This document shows, piece by piece, positions 24,738 through 37,683 of a DNA stretch of 64,000 nt. The notes under the pieces are model-generated. The model saw only the letters and a list, made by a program, of their open reading frames with translations, did not search any database and had not been told where the DNA came from. Both the position numbers and the translations under genes were made by a program. Positions within the stretch are counted from its first letter, which is position 1; each line of letters starts with the position of its first letter. This stretch comes from Geosiphon pyriformis uo1. Its lineage: Eukaryota > Fungi > Glomeromycota. Location: assembly GCA_016748015.1 (NCBI GenBank), contig JAAOMT010000295.1:930001-994000 (forward strand), read 5' to 3'.

Positions 24738-25836
24738 GTATTCTGGCATTGTTCTATTCATTGGCTGCAATGGATTTTTCTATATTGTTTAGCCACACTT
24801 GTGTGTCATTTTTTTTGCCAGTAAATTTTTTGATCTTGGTGATTGGTGCATATGCCATTAATTGTTGTTGTGATGATTGTTGGAGTAGTTGTTGTAATTG
24901 TTGTTAATATGGTACTTGTGGCTGTTAAATTGGTTTAGCAATTGGTTCAATTGGTGGCTGATTGATTATGATTACTAGAGGTAAGTGTTGCTAATTAATT
25001 ATGTTGGGATTTGAATTGTTTTGATTTTCTTGAGTTTGAATATTCAGAGTTTCAACTTCTGGGTTTTCTACAATTGGGTTTTGGTAATTAAATTCCTAAT
25101 TGTCATCTTTCTCTTCTTTTGATTCAGTTACTTCCCAAAGACTCATGATTCTGAAATTTGGTAAAAGTGGTGGTAATCAAAATCTTGATGGTATCAGTAA
25201 TCACAATTTAAATTCTTCAAAATATTTGTCATAGGTTCTTAATAGGTCAGTTTTTGATTATTTACTTTGGAATAGTATCTGTGCCAATAGTATTTTCATA
25301 TTTAATGTAGACATGCTTGCTAATAAAATGTTAATGGCACTTCTGGGTGTATAGTAGTATGATAAATTAGTTGGTAACTCAAGTCTTGTTTTCTTTTAAG
25401 TAGATGATTGTATTTTTTGAGGTGTTACTGCTGGTGTTTGTAATTTTTCTTTGCCTTTGTTTGCATAGATGATTGGATATCTTTGTTGAGTGTGATTTTT
25501 AATTTCCCTATTGATTTCAGTGAGAATTGCCATGAAGTTATAATTTACTAGTAAGCTGGTATTTTGGATTAATTTGTTGTAAAAATTTCCTCTTGCTGAA
25601 TCAGTTTCTACTAATACTTCTAACAAATATAAGATTCTTTTATTAATGTAAAAATTGAAGACTGATTCTGTTGATAAATGATTGTTGGTTAATCCCAAGT
25701 GTTAACAGTAGTATTGGAATAAGAATTTGACAAATCCTAAATAGTTTGTCCCTATTCTTTTTGGTTCTGCTACTTTTGGATGATTGTTTGTTAGTGCTAG
25801 TTTTCTATAAGATTATACTTTACAGAGAGCACCAAA
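24738..25836 (-). pseudogene. Element A gag N-terminus and N-terminal extension (PBS TGGTGCTCTC at 25823-25834)
   Basis: FGAL...HLGLTNNHLSTESVFNFY...; capsid start MAYAPI. Confidence 0.85.
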
Positions 25837-26629
25837 TATTACAAGTGATTATTTGGGGTCTCTAATCAAATAACAAACCCATAAATTGGTGCTCAATAGC
25901 TGTAATTTATGGTGATATCTAAAGATTTTACAATCTGAAGGTTTTGGTTAAGTTCTTTGTATAATAAACAAAAATTTAATGGTATGTAATTCTTTTGTGA
26001 TGTGTTTCCTAATTTTTTTCTTTAGCTTGATAGCTGATTTATTCTGGCAGTCATGTCTTTCTGGTAAGCTATCCAATTCTTACTCTGTATCCTTTTATTT
26101 GGGTCTTTTACCAAGCTATCTATAACATCAATAACTCAGTGTTTAATTTTTCAATTAATTAGTAAACAACAACAGAAATAAAATACAAAAGAAAATTAAA
26201 GAAATAAAATATAAGCCAAGGCAATAAAGTTAGTATTCTGTTAATAGCCATGATCAAAAGCTATTGTTTCAGTGTAATCAAGTATTTGATACTATTAACA
26301 TAAAGTGTTAATAGTAGAAAAAATAATTTAGATAGTAAATAATTATTTATTGATATTAATAATTCTAATAGAAATGTGGTAAATGAGAAAATATTGGTAA
26401 TTATTCTCTTTTTTTGCTTCTAATGCTCTTGCTATATATACATAATTTAGGTTCTATGAGATTACTCACATTTTTAAACAATGTGTTATAATTTTTTAAG
26501 CAATATGTCCTAATTTTTTAACATTGCTCTATATTGCTAAGCAATATGCTTACATGCTAACTACTATTCTCCTATTGGTTTATCTGTTTTCCTACTATTT
26601 TTCTTTATATGTTTTCTTTATGAGTAACA
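25837..26629 (-). repeat. A 5' LTR (~793 bp)
   Basis: Minus strand reads TGTTACTCATAAA...CTTGTAATA, followed by the PBS. Termini and internal blocks are shared with solo LTR 43972-44681. Confidence 0.88.
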
Positions 26630-28276
26630 CTGGCTACAAAAACTCACTTATCAAAAACTTTCATAAGGATATCCTCATGGCTTCCAACATCTTTAATGCA
26701 TATAAAAACATGATCCAGAAGCTTTACCTTATTACATAGCAAACACAATACACTAAAATAACTCTTATTATACAATCTTTTTCTGATTATTATTAACAAA
26801 CACCCATATACAGTCTTCATTAGATAAGTGTACAAATTGGCAAACTTTCTGTTGGTAAAGCCAGACAGCATATGTAAATTAGGATGTTACACTTTCACAA
26901 TAGACAGCCAATTTACATTTTTAACCAAAACATAAGGTTTTACTCAATGACCAAAACCAATTTTTTACCAAGCACAAAACACAGATCTGTAAACATCTCA
27001 TATAAAATAACATGTATTGTCAAAGACTGCCATGTTTTCAGCTACAATATAATGTTTTTTTATTCCAATTGGTAGAAACAAAAAAGAATTAGCAGCTTTA
27101 TCAGCTATTTAATTAGTTTTATTATTATCTTACATTTCTAAATAACTCTTGACCTTTACCCACTCAACTAAAAGATCTTTATTTCTTATTAAATTAATTA
27201 TGTGTCTTTTTTTTATCCAATAGCAGTTGTAAAAATTTGGCACAACATAATCAACTTTAGTAACATATGTATTAATAGCTGCTTGGCTGTTCAAATACAG
27301 AACCACTGTGCAAAAAAAAAGACACACTTTAAAGACAAAGCAACTGCTTATAGCTTGGTTAGAGTGGATAACAAGAAACCATTTACTCTAATGTTAATAC
27401 TCATATCTGTAACAAAAAAATACATAGCAGTTCTACCAACAACTCCAGAAGAGCCAAAGTTTTTTAAAGAACTATTTGTATACACATCCAAAGTACTTGA
27501 CCAAATCTTATGCAAACATTCATAAATCTTAGAAAATCCAAAAAAATCTAGCACACTTAAGTTACAATGTCCAACAACATAAGAGAAGTCAGACACTATC
27601 AGTTTATTATCAACCAAAAACTTTGAAACCAATTTGAATCAAGATAGTACTAGGCTCTTAAAATTCAACTTTTTCCAGTAACAAAATGTTTTCCAATTCA
27701 TAATCCTGCCTTTTTTATCCAAAAGTCTGTTACCAAATACCACTTTAAATCTTTTAAAAAAACAAACCAAGTCATAATACAAAAACTTTTCTAAAATATC
27801 AGACATTAAAACTCTCTCAGGACTGTGAAAAGCATTGGGCAAGTTGTTGTTCAGAAATATATCATTAACCAAAAAAATCTTTACAACTTTAGCTAAAAAA
27901 TTATTGACAAGACTAATATGCAATCTGATGAAATGTCTTAAAAGATTTAAAGAAACCCAACTTAAAATCTGCAAATCCAAAAATCTGTGCTCAAACAAAT
28001 GTCCAAGAATGCCCAGAGCATTAGCAAAAACAACCACTAATAACAACATGCTTTCAGTCTGAACTTGCTTAAATAACTTCAGACTATACAAAGAAAGATA
28101 ATATAAAGTCTTACTTGAAAAGTTATATGGCAAACCAGCCTTGGCTTTAAGACCCTTTCTGACCATTATATCTTACTTATGGCATATGTTTAATAAGACA
28201 AAACTAAATTAAGATCTATAGCTAACTATGGACTGCAAAACAGCTAACACCAAATAAGAAAACTGCTTATTAATAA
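26630..28276 (-). pseudogene. LINE1 ORF2 C-terminal part: RNase H and CCHC finger
   Basis: VYTNSSLK, STLTKL*AVAL, NSQAAI, WVKVKS, CLLCNKVKLLDHVFIC. Confidence 0.87.
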
Positions 28277-28989
28277 TGTTATGGTTGAAACCTATATTTT
28301 TTATTAATTATCACATGTATTAGCCACTAATACTATATAATTAGCCACTTTATTTTTAGATAGTAATTATTGACCTGATTAATAACCTGACCATTAATCT
28401 GATTATTGATCTGATTATTGACCTGATTATTGATCTGATCATTGATTTGATTATTGACTACTTTTGATAGCTATATAAGCAATGAATCTCTTAGCTATAG
28501 AAAAATATGTAAGAATCAAAGAAAGAAAAAAATAAAATAACAACTTTTATCTCAATCATTCTCTTATTGCTAAATTCTCTTTCCTTACCTTTAAGTACCT
28601 AAACATTTTGAGATAAAAGATTACTTGTTGGTTATTTTTTACTCTTTTTCTGAAACATGTAATTGCAGCATTTGAAGACTATTGAATAAAACATGACTAA
28701 AGAGTACATCTGATACCTGATATTGAATTCTAAGAACACTAACATAAGACATAGAATTATACCAGTGTGTGATCATTTGTTGACAGTACAAACTATCTCT
28801 TTACTTTCAGATTCTCTGGTTATTCTTGAAAAGTATAGTGACTGAGATATTTTATGAGACTGATCTTGCACATTGAATTCATATTTATTCAATTTGTTTT
28901 TTGAAGTTGAACTTCCTTTGATTTCTTTTATCATTCTACAATCCTGTTCTTCCTTGCTATCTATTAGCTTGTTACTCTAATTTGTAACA
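28277..28989 (+). repeat. D 5' LTR (713 bp), contains a 12-bp tandem array at ~28365-28460
   Basis: Direct repeat of 35241-35907. Confidence 0.93.
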
Positions 28990-31900
28990 TAAAAGTGATG
29001 CTCTCTGTAAGATTGTTAAAATCTATTTTGTTTCTTATTATGATTATTCATACCTGCTACAACAATTAAAAAAACACTTTAAAGCACACAACAAAAATGA
29101 TCTAGACTTTATAGAACTCAATCTTTTGCCCTTCTGTTTGATTTGCTTTCCCATTAAAAAACAATCCAGTAAACAATTCCAAGACTTTTGAAACTGGTTC
29201 CTGAACAAACATTTAGCTAAAACTTACATAGTTTATACAATCTATTACTTTGACCAAGCTTATTTTAAAGACAACTTTGAAGAAAGAAACAATAGTATCA
29301 ATCAGCTTTTATATTCAACAACCTTTGAACAACAGCCCCCTAATTCTGAATACCTGAATTACTAAATTTACATTTGGATTGCTGTCCATTAGCTATCTGA
29401 AACCCCCTTTGAAACAAAAAAAAAAAGCTATCAAACTGCTTCTGTTTTTGATCTCTTCTCAAGTGAATCAAAACATTTCACAAAAACAGCTACTTCTGAA
29501 CCAATGGCTAATGATCCCATACAACAAAACATTCTGATTGCCCTTTAGGGCATACAAACTGCTTTAGGGCGAAAAAATAACACTCCACTATCTTTATTTA
29601 AAGGTGATGCACAAGATCCAATTAAATGGTCGGATGACTTTGAAAAAGCTGTCACAGCCAACCAATATAATAATGAATATAAATTTCAAATCATTGGTGG
29701 TTATTTCTAAGACTCTCTTTCTACTTGGTTCTCACAAGAAACCAATGCTAATGCTCAGCAAAAAATTATTAGAGACATCAGCAAATGCTGAAGAAGATAA
29801 CATTTCTTTTACTACCCAGTTTGAAATGAAATTTAGAACTTCTATCTTGATATCCAAATGGCATATGGAATTAGAAAGAAAAACCCAAGATTCTGGTGAA
29901 GTTGTAACTGAGTATGCCAAAGCAATCAGAAAATTAATCAAGCAAGTAGATTCTGGAAGAAACTGAACAGAAGAGCAAAAGATTTATTCCTTTACAAAAG
30001 GATTGAGAACAGATTTGTCATATGTTCTTTGGCCCCTTCTGGTATTGAAAGAGAATTCCACAATAAATATTGCCATTGAACTTGTCCAAAGAATAAAAGA
30101 CAATCAAAGAATGCACCTAGAATTTACACTTTCAGTTTTTGCTCCTGCTCTTGTTATGGCTTCTGCTTCCCAAATGGCTGCTATCTCTTTTGCTGCCCAA
30201 ACTCAAGACTCAAATGAACAGTTAATAGATAAACTTACAGCTAATTTTGCCCAGTTATTGGAACTCTTAGCTCAAACAGTCAAAGAGAATCACCAATTCC
30301 AAAGACTCGGATTTGAACTCTGTTTTAATCAACCTCAACAATCCTCTTATCAAAGACAACAAAATTGTGGCCCATCTACTGTGGATTAACTGAATATTTT
30401 TTAAGAGATTGTAACAATTCTTCTTTGTTACCTCCAGCTCTTAAAAACAATGATAATTAAAACAACAGAACTATCAACAACAATATTTCCAATCAAAAAC
30501 TTAATCATGCCAACATTAATTTCTTTGGAAAAGATCCCCTAGTTGAAGCTACTGTTTATTAGCCTTTAAACTAATAAGTATATCTTCAAAGAATAAGAGT
30601 GCAAGCCAACTAAAAGAAAACTTTTTTTATGTTTTTAACCTAATTAATGATGACCATAATATGGATAAACTGGCAATCAACACTTCTAACTTGACAAGAA
30701 AGAAGAAAAAAGCCAAGATTGATTTCATTTTAGATTCTAACAAAGCCTCAACTTCTATTGCTAATAATAATAAACCACCAAAGGCTAAAGTTTTTAAGAA
30801 TTCTCCAAAGTTAGAACCCCCAGAAATTGTACAAAAATCTGGATCTTATTTTGTTGTAAAAAATCTTATGGAAACCTCAGCACATATCACTTTTGGCCAG
30901 TTAATGACACATTCACAGTTTAAGAAAAATCTTCACAAATTATTGATCTCAAAGAAAAAGACTCCAAAAACCAACAAGCACTCTTGCCAAGCTAGACTTG
31001 TTGACAACAGCAATGTCATCTTCTAATCTGCAAAGCCCAAGTAGCTGGTTACTTTATTGATCTGATCTTAGACAATAGATTATCTATTAGTGTTATTGCC
31101 AAACACTTTTTAGAAGCAATTGGCAGAAAAATTAATGAACTGTTCACAAGACCAATAACCAATGTACATGGTGACAAGAAGAAAGATCTGAGCATAGCCA
31201 AAGCTGTTCCTGTTCAAATCAATGGCATCAGCATTGAAACTAACATGGAAGTATTTGAAGCAAAAAAATACACCATAATAGTTGGCAATAAATGGCTCAA
31301 AAAAGCAAAAGCTTTGCTTAATTATAAACTCTGTAAACTGACCATCAGATATGGTAAGAAATCCATTATAGTTAAATATTGCCATTGAACAACTCCTTCA
31401 GTACCCAAACAAAGCCAAAAAAAAAGCAATCAGATGAGTCAAATAATAAAAAAAGGGATGAAAAAAATGAAAAAAATGAACAAAATGAACAAAATGAACA
31501 AGAAGAAACTGCTGAACTTGCCTACACCATTTTTACCAGTAATAACAAACTATTAGATAATGTCAAAGCAGGAATCATGATAAATGACAAGCTAATCTGC
31601 TGGTCCTACTATGATATCCTCAGAAGAATCTTTGATAGAAAACCTGACAAGAAAGCAAAATATAGTTATTGGTGGCATAGTTCTTGTGCCAGGTGCTGGT
31701 GCAATAAATCTTTGTATTTCCCTAGTGATAAATGCAAATTTTGTTTAATCTATTACAAAGATTGGGAGCCAATTAGTTTAATACCCAGAGAAAAACTAAA
31801 AGAAGTACAGAAGTCCTTTAAGAATAAACTACCTAAAAGTCAATCATTAGTTACAGAACAAAGAGAACTTTCTTTTAAAGAAAAAAAAGTGTACATTAAA

Positions 31901-33265
31901 AATCTGTTGGCTAGAAATAGCCCAGTTATCTCAAAAGAAGATGATACCTCTGAATGAATTCATATAATACAACACACCATCACCACAAAAAAAACTTGTC
32001 CTATTTATTTAAAGCCTTATCAATCCAATTAACACAATAATAAGTTCATCAAAAAAGAGATAAACTGGATGAAAGATCTTGAATTCATACAAAAAACCAA
32101 GAGTAAATGGGTTTTTTCAGTTGTAATAGTATTCAAGAAAGGTGGAACTCTATGCTTCTGTGTCAACTACTGCCAATTAAATGCCATTACTATAAGAGAC
32201 ATGTACTCACTTTCCAAAATTGATGTAATGCTAGATAAATTTAATAGTGCTGCTTTTTTCTCAACTATTGACTTAACTGCTGAATTCTGGCAAGTAAAGA
32301 TAGATTCAGAAAGCAGAAAGAAAATTGCTTTTATTACCAAGTATGGCACCTATGAATTCACAGTTATGTCTTTTGGTCTTATCAATGTTCCTTCTATCTT
32401 TCAATGCTTAATAGACAAAGTATTTAAATCAGTAAAAGAAAACTTTGTTCTGGTCTATTTAGATAACATAATGGTCTACTTAAAAACCAGAGATGAATAC
32501 CTTAAACATTTGCAGAAGGTTTTTGACTTGCTCAGAAATGCTGGCCTTAAAATCAACCCAATCAAATCTTTCTTTGAATGCCAATCTACCCAGTTCCTTG
32601 GTCATTTTATTACAAAAAATGAAATCTTTCTTGACCCAGCTAAAATTGAAAAATTTCAAAACATTAGACAACCAATAAATGTTTCTGAACTACGTTCTTT
32701 TCTTGGTTTGGCTTCTTACTATTGCAAATTTATTAAGGATTTCTCCAAAATTGCTTTTTTTTTCAATTAGCTACTCAGAAAAAATGTCAATTATCACTGG
32801 AGCATTTATCAACAAAAAGCTTTTAAAATTCTGAAAAAAAAACTTGTTATTGAACCAATTCTCAAGCAATCTGATCTGGACCAATTTTTTATCCTCTACA
32901 CTGATATATCTGGCTATGAACTTGGTACTGTTCTTTCACAGAAAAATGAAAATGGCAGAGAACATGCCATAGCATATGTCAGTAGATCTCTCACACCAGC
33001 AGAAAAGAACTATTTAGTTACTGAACAAGAATGTTTAGCAGTAGTTTGGACTACTAGTTACTGAGATCAATATTTTTTTGGTGTAAAATTCATAGTAGTA
33101 ACAGATCATCAAGTCTTGGTTTGACTGTACAATAAAAAAAAGCTAGAACACAAATGAATAACTTGCTAAATACTCCACTTGAATAAATTTGACTATGATA
33201 TTCAACACTGCAAAGGAGCAAATTATTAAAATGTTAATGCTATCTCTAGACTTACCATCCAGTGA
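28990..33265 (+). pseudogene. D ORF1: N-extension, Gag, protease, Cys/Trp module, RT, RNaseH
   Basis: FKGDAQDPIKW, LILDNRLSISVI, YGTYEFTVMSFGL, VYLDN, YTDISG, NAISR. Confidence 0.9.
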
Positions 33266-33314
33266 TAGTACAATCTCTCAAACCAAACCAACCTAATTAC
33301 AAACAAACATAATA

Positions 33315-34608
33315 ATGAACTTAAACAACTACTCTGCCTTAATAGAATTTTTGGATAAAGGACAATACCCACCAGAATACACTCGACAACAAAGAGAACA
33401 TTTGTGCAAACAATCAAATTTTTATTTGATCCACCAAAACCAATTATATAAAAAAAACAGAAAAGATTTTGACTGTCTCCAGAAAGTCATCAGATTTGAA
33501 GAAAAAGAAATTGTAATATACAATATGCACATTGATCCATTAGCTAAACACTTTGGAAAAACAAAAACAATTCAAAAAATCTTAGCTCACTATTATTGGC
33601 CTACCTTGAGAAAAGATATTGTTGAATACATCAAAACTTGTGACATCTGCCAAGCAAAGAAGATATTTATTCAATCTCTGTTGGTTAATCATTTGACAGA
33701 ATCGGTATAGATGTTGTTGGATCTTTAACAATAACTCTTGATAACAACAAATACATTATTATAGCTACTGATTATCTTACAAAGTGAGTAGAAGCAAGAG
33801 CCACTCCAGACCAAACAGCAGTCTCAATAATCAATTTTATTTATAAAGATATTATCTGCATTATGGTTGTTTTAAAGAACTTTTATTTGATAGAGAAAAA
33901 GCTTTTCTCAGTACACTGGTTAAAGAACTTTGTAGAAAAATGAGAATACATCATAAACTTTTCTCTTCTTACCACCCTTAAACAAATGGCTTAGTAGAAT
34001 ATTTCAATAGAACACTATGTAAAACTCTGGCCAAAACCAGTAAAGAAACAAACTTATGGGACAAAATACTGCCTTCAGCTTTGTTTGCTTATAGAACCAT
34101 AAATCATAATATAACAAGTTATGAACCTTTTTATCTGTTTTATAAACATATGGCAACACTACCAATAGAAACTGATATTAAGACAATATCCTTTGAAGAA
34201 ATCACAATAGAAAATTACAAAAACATTTTGCAAAAAAGACTTGGTACTATTCTTGACTCTTTGGTAAAAACACAAATAATTGCTTTTGAAAAAATAAAAC
34301 AGTTCCAAGAAAAGCTTAAGAAAAATAAAACCTATAAAACACTTTCTTTAAGTATTGGTGACATGGTATTGGAATACTGTTTAGACAAAAACAATATCTA
34401 TGATGATAAATTTTTTAGCTAGTGAAAAGAACTCTTTATAGTTAACAAAGTTTTGAACAATGGTTTTTATATTCTTTAAAATTTATCTGAAATAATCTTC
34501 AATAATTATCCTGTTCATAATACACGACTCAAAAAATATCATAAACAATCTGATTGGTTGCCTGTTGTGATAATACCGACCCAAATGATCAACAAAAATC
34601 AAGTATAA
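33315..34608 (+). pseudogene. D integrase, separate ORF
   Basis: MNLNNYSALIEFL; HIDPLAKH..CDIC; GIDVVG; NGLVEYFN. Confidence 0.9.
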
Positions 34609-34683
34609 ATAAATAAACTATTTCAAAAATAAAGGTATTTTCAATTAACATGAATAATTATTTTCTGGATTAAAACATTTAAA

Positions 34684-35271
34684 ATGCCTTTTATACTCTC
34701 CATGAATATTGGATCAAAAACTATTCAAATGCTATTTTAACTATTGGAAAACAAACCACTATAACTGATAACAGTAAAACACATACTGTTATTAAACCAA
34801 AAAAAACCATTATCAGAAAAAAAAATTGGTAGCAAAATAGATAAATATTTGTTGGAAAGTATAACAGCTACTATACTTCGACCTTCTAGCACAATTGGAA
34901 AAACACTCCAAGAAATTTTACTCATAAACAAAAACTTGTCATATGAAAAGCAAGAGGATATAAAACTTATGAAGAAAACAACTTCAGAGATATAGGCAAA
35001 AATTTTGGACATTATATGATTAAATATTTTAAGAGTTTTAACTATTGCTAAAAGAGTCAAAACTTTAATACAAAGATTTGGTCTCTTAAATACAAAACTT
35101 ATTTTACCTTAAGTATTATATACCTTATTCACAAAAAACTTCAATAAACTAGTTAGCTTTGAGTTAAATAAAGCTCTTTAAATAGATTACACTATGAATA
35201 GCTTGATTTTACCAGAGCTCAATCTCTTTGGAAAGGATAATATTATAGTTAAAACTTATACTTTTTATTAA
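34684..35271 (+). pseudogene. D ORF3 (degenerate, ends inside the 3' LTR)
   Basis: ATG at 34684; single frame with several stops, in the same position as the B/C ORF3; only weak similarity. Confidence 0.55.
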
Positions 35272-35907
35272 TTATTATATGTATTAGCCACTTGATGTTA
35301 TATAATTAGCCACTCTATTTTTAAATAGTAATCATTGGCCTGATTATTGACCAAGGTATTGACTTGATCATTAACCATTTTTGATAGCTATATAAGCAAT
35401 GAATCTCTTAGCTGTAAAAAAGTATGTAAGAATCAAAGAAAAAAAAGAAATAAAATAACAACTTTTATTTCAATTATTTTCTTATTACTAAATTTTTTTT
35501 CCCTACCTTCAAGTATCTGAACATCTTGAGATAAAAGATTACTTGTTGGTTATTCTTTATCCTTTTTCTGAAATGTGTAATTGCAGCATTTGAAAATTAT
35601 TAAATAAAATATGACTGAAGAATACATCTGATACCTGATATTAAATTTTAAGAGCACCAACATAAAGCATAAAATTATACTAGTGTGTGATTATTTGTTG
35701 ACAGTACAGACTATTCCTCTACTTTCAGATTCCCTGGTTATTTTTAAAAAGTATAGTGACTAAGATATTTTATGAGACTGATCTTGCACATTGAATTCAT
35801 ACTTATTTAATTCACTCTTTGAAGTTGAACTCCCTTTAATTTTTTTTATTACTCTACAATTCTGTTTTCTCTTGTTATTTATTAGCTTGTTACTCTAATC
35901 CATAATA
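35241..35907 (+). repeat. D 3' LTR (667 bp)
   Basis: Direct repeat of the 5' LTR with fewer 12-mer units. Confidence 0.92.
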
Positions 35908-35911
35908 GTAA

Positions 35912-36709
35912 TAGTCTTTTTAAGCATTATATTGACAAAAAATCAAATATTTAAATAAGCTTTTGCTAAACTTGGCTTAAACAACTTCTCAGTTGACAAA
36001 AAAATTCTTAGGTATCTATGTAACTTATCTTTCTTAGCAATTGAAATTGGCAGCCCATTAATTCTAAAAGAAGCAACTTTAACACCCTGGTTAATAAGAA
36101 TAGCCATAGTCTTTCATTGTTAATTGAAATATTATTAATCATAAAAGACTTATTTGTAATGTTTAAAGCATACTGTATAGAAGCTTTACTATTTTCAATC
36201 CAGATCATATTATTAACAAATGCACTAGCCACAAAAAAAGAAGATTTTTTACTATTACTTTCTATTTTGCCTGTCTTGGCAACAAATCTAATATTAATTC
36301 AATATCTACACAAATGTTTATGTCTTTTAACTTTGCACAATAGTAGATTATAAAAAATTCTCCAAAGAAAAGATAAGAAGATTTTACTTTGGTCCAATCC
36401 ATTATGCATTCTATAGCTCTTAGAGAGGCCAAAATCAGTCATTATCCTATTAATTTTATCCTTATGTATATCATTAAAAAACCCAATAAACTTTTTGTAC
36501 ATCTTGATTTAATGCAAGTTAACTTTCAAGTGGTGCTAACCAATCAAGTTATATGCTTTGTGCATATTTTGTAGTATTAACCAAAGTTCTTTATTCTTTT
36601 TTAAAGCATTTTTAACTACCAATCTAATAATAAATACAAGAAACTAAGTAGATATACTCTTTAAAACAGAAAAATTATTATCTCAAAGAACACCAAACTT
36701 GCTATATAC
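35912..36709 (-). pseudogene. LINE1 RT core
   Basis: HNGLDQSKIFLSFLWRIFY, ASAFVNNMIW (decayed FVDD). Confidence 0.87.
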
Positions 36710-37683
36710 TGTTACCAATAGAATTTTAGCTATTAATTAGCATGAAATTACTCTTTTAATTTCTATTATTAATTGGTATATATTATTATTATTTCAATTA
36801 TTACTTATTATTTAATCAAATTATCAAATATTATTATTCAATTAATAACTCGATTTATACCAAAAAAATTAAGATGATCAAATTACATAATACTCTGAAT
36901 CATTTAATATTCAAAAATTCGCCGAAATTAGCAGAAATTGGCTAAAATAATTAATAATTTATAGAAATAACTTGTAGTTCACCAAAATGTATCTTTAGTT
37001 TACCAAAATTAAAACAAAGAAAAAAGTGCAAGTTTAAAGATTAGTATTACAACAAATTGTATAAAAGAAGAGCTTTTTTCTTTAAAAAAATATATCTTAT
37101 TATAGTATTTTATCTTACTTTTAGATATCTTAATTAGAACAAATCACCTTTTATACATCCTTACAAAATCAAATAAAAATTAAAATATTTGAAAACCAAA
37201 TTCTTAATTATTATACTTGAAACTCTTGAAATCCAACTAATATTTTGAAATTGATTAGCTACCAATTTCAGTAATCTGTTAGTGATTCCAGATCTAAATA
37301 GAAAATATTTTCCCTTTACAAAATTTTATTTCTTTTATATTTCTTTTATTTTTTTTTACTTTTCTTATTACAATTATTAGAGTAGTCTACAGACAAGATT
37401 CCTGTAGAAAAGTTGACTTTTACAGCAAAATAACTACACGTTTTAGTAAGCTTCCAGATAAGCAATTCTTGGAAAAGAGTTGACATTTACTACAATATAA
37501 CTACACAAAATAACTGATATAGAATTGGTTATTCTACTTATAAGCCCAACAGTTTAAATTATAGGAGATAATTTGAAGATAAATTCAGTTATTGGAGGTT
37601 CAACTATTTTCAAAAAAATGTGAATTCACAACAAGTAAATATTAACAGCATTTAAGAAAAGAGACCAAAAACCTTTGGTAACA
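36710..37683 (+). repeat. E 5' LTR
   Basis: Direct repeat of 46176-47149. Confidence 0.94.

Larger units (their letters stand above)
1..26629 (-). mobile_element. Ty3/Gypsy LTR retrotransposon A (5' LTR to RT N-terminus; 3' part outside window; interrupted by X/B/C at 3978-24735)
   Basis: 5' LTR 25837-26629 and PBS. Gag (MAYAPI at 24858; AANE*NNARIL|QAILYFLQ rejoins across X), CCHC knuckle ~3325-3365, protease LILDSNSAGSII ~2640-2675, dUTPase, RT start (...KI*FCMDYRKLN) at the left edge. Confidence 0.92.
28277..35907 (+). mobile_element. Ty3/Gypsy LTR retrotransposon D (no dUTPase)
   Basis: LTRs 28277-28989 and 35241-35907, TSD ATAA/GTAA, PBS TGATGCTCTC at ~28996, PPT GGAAAGGATAA. Confidence 0.94.
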
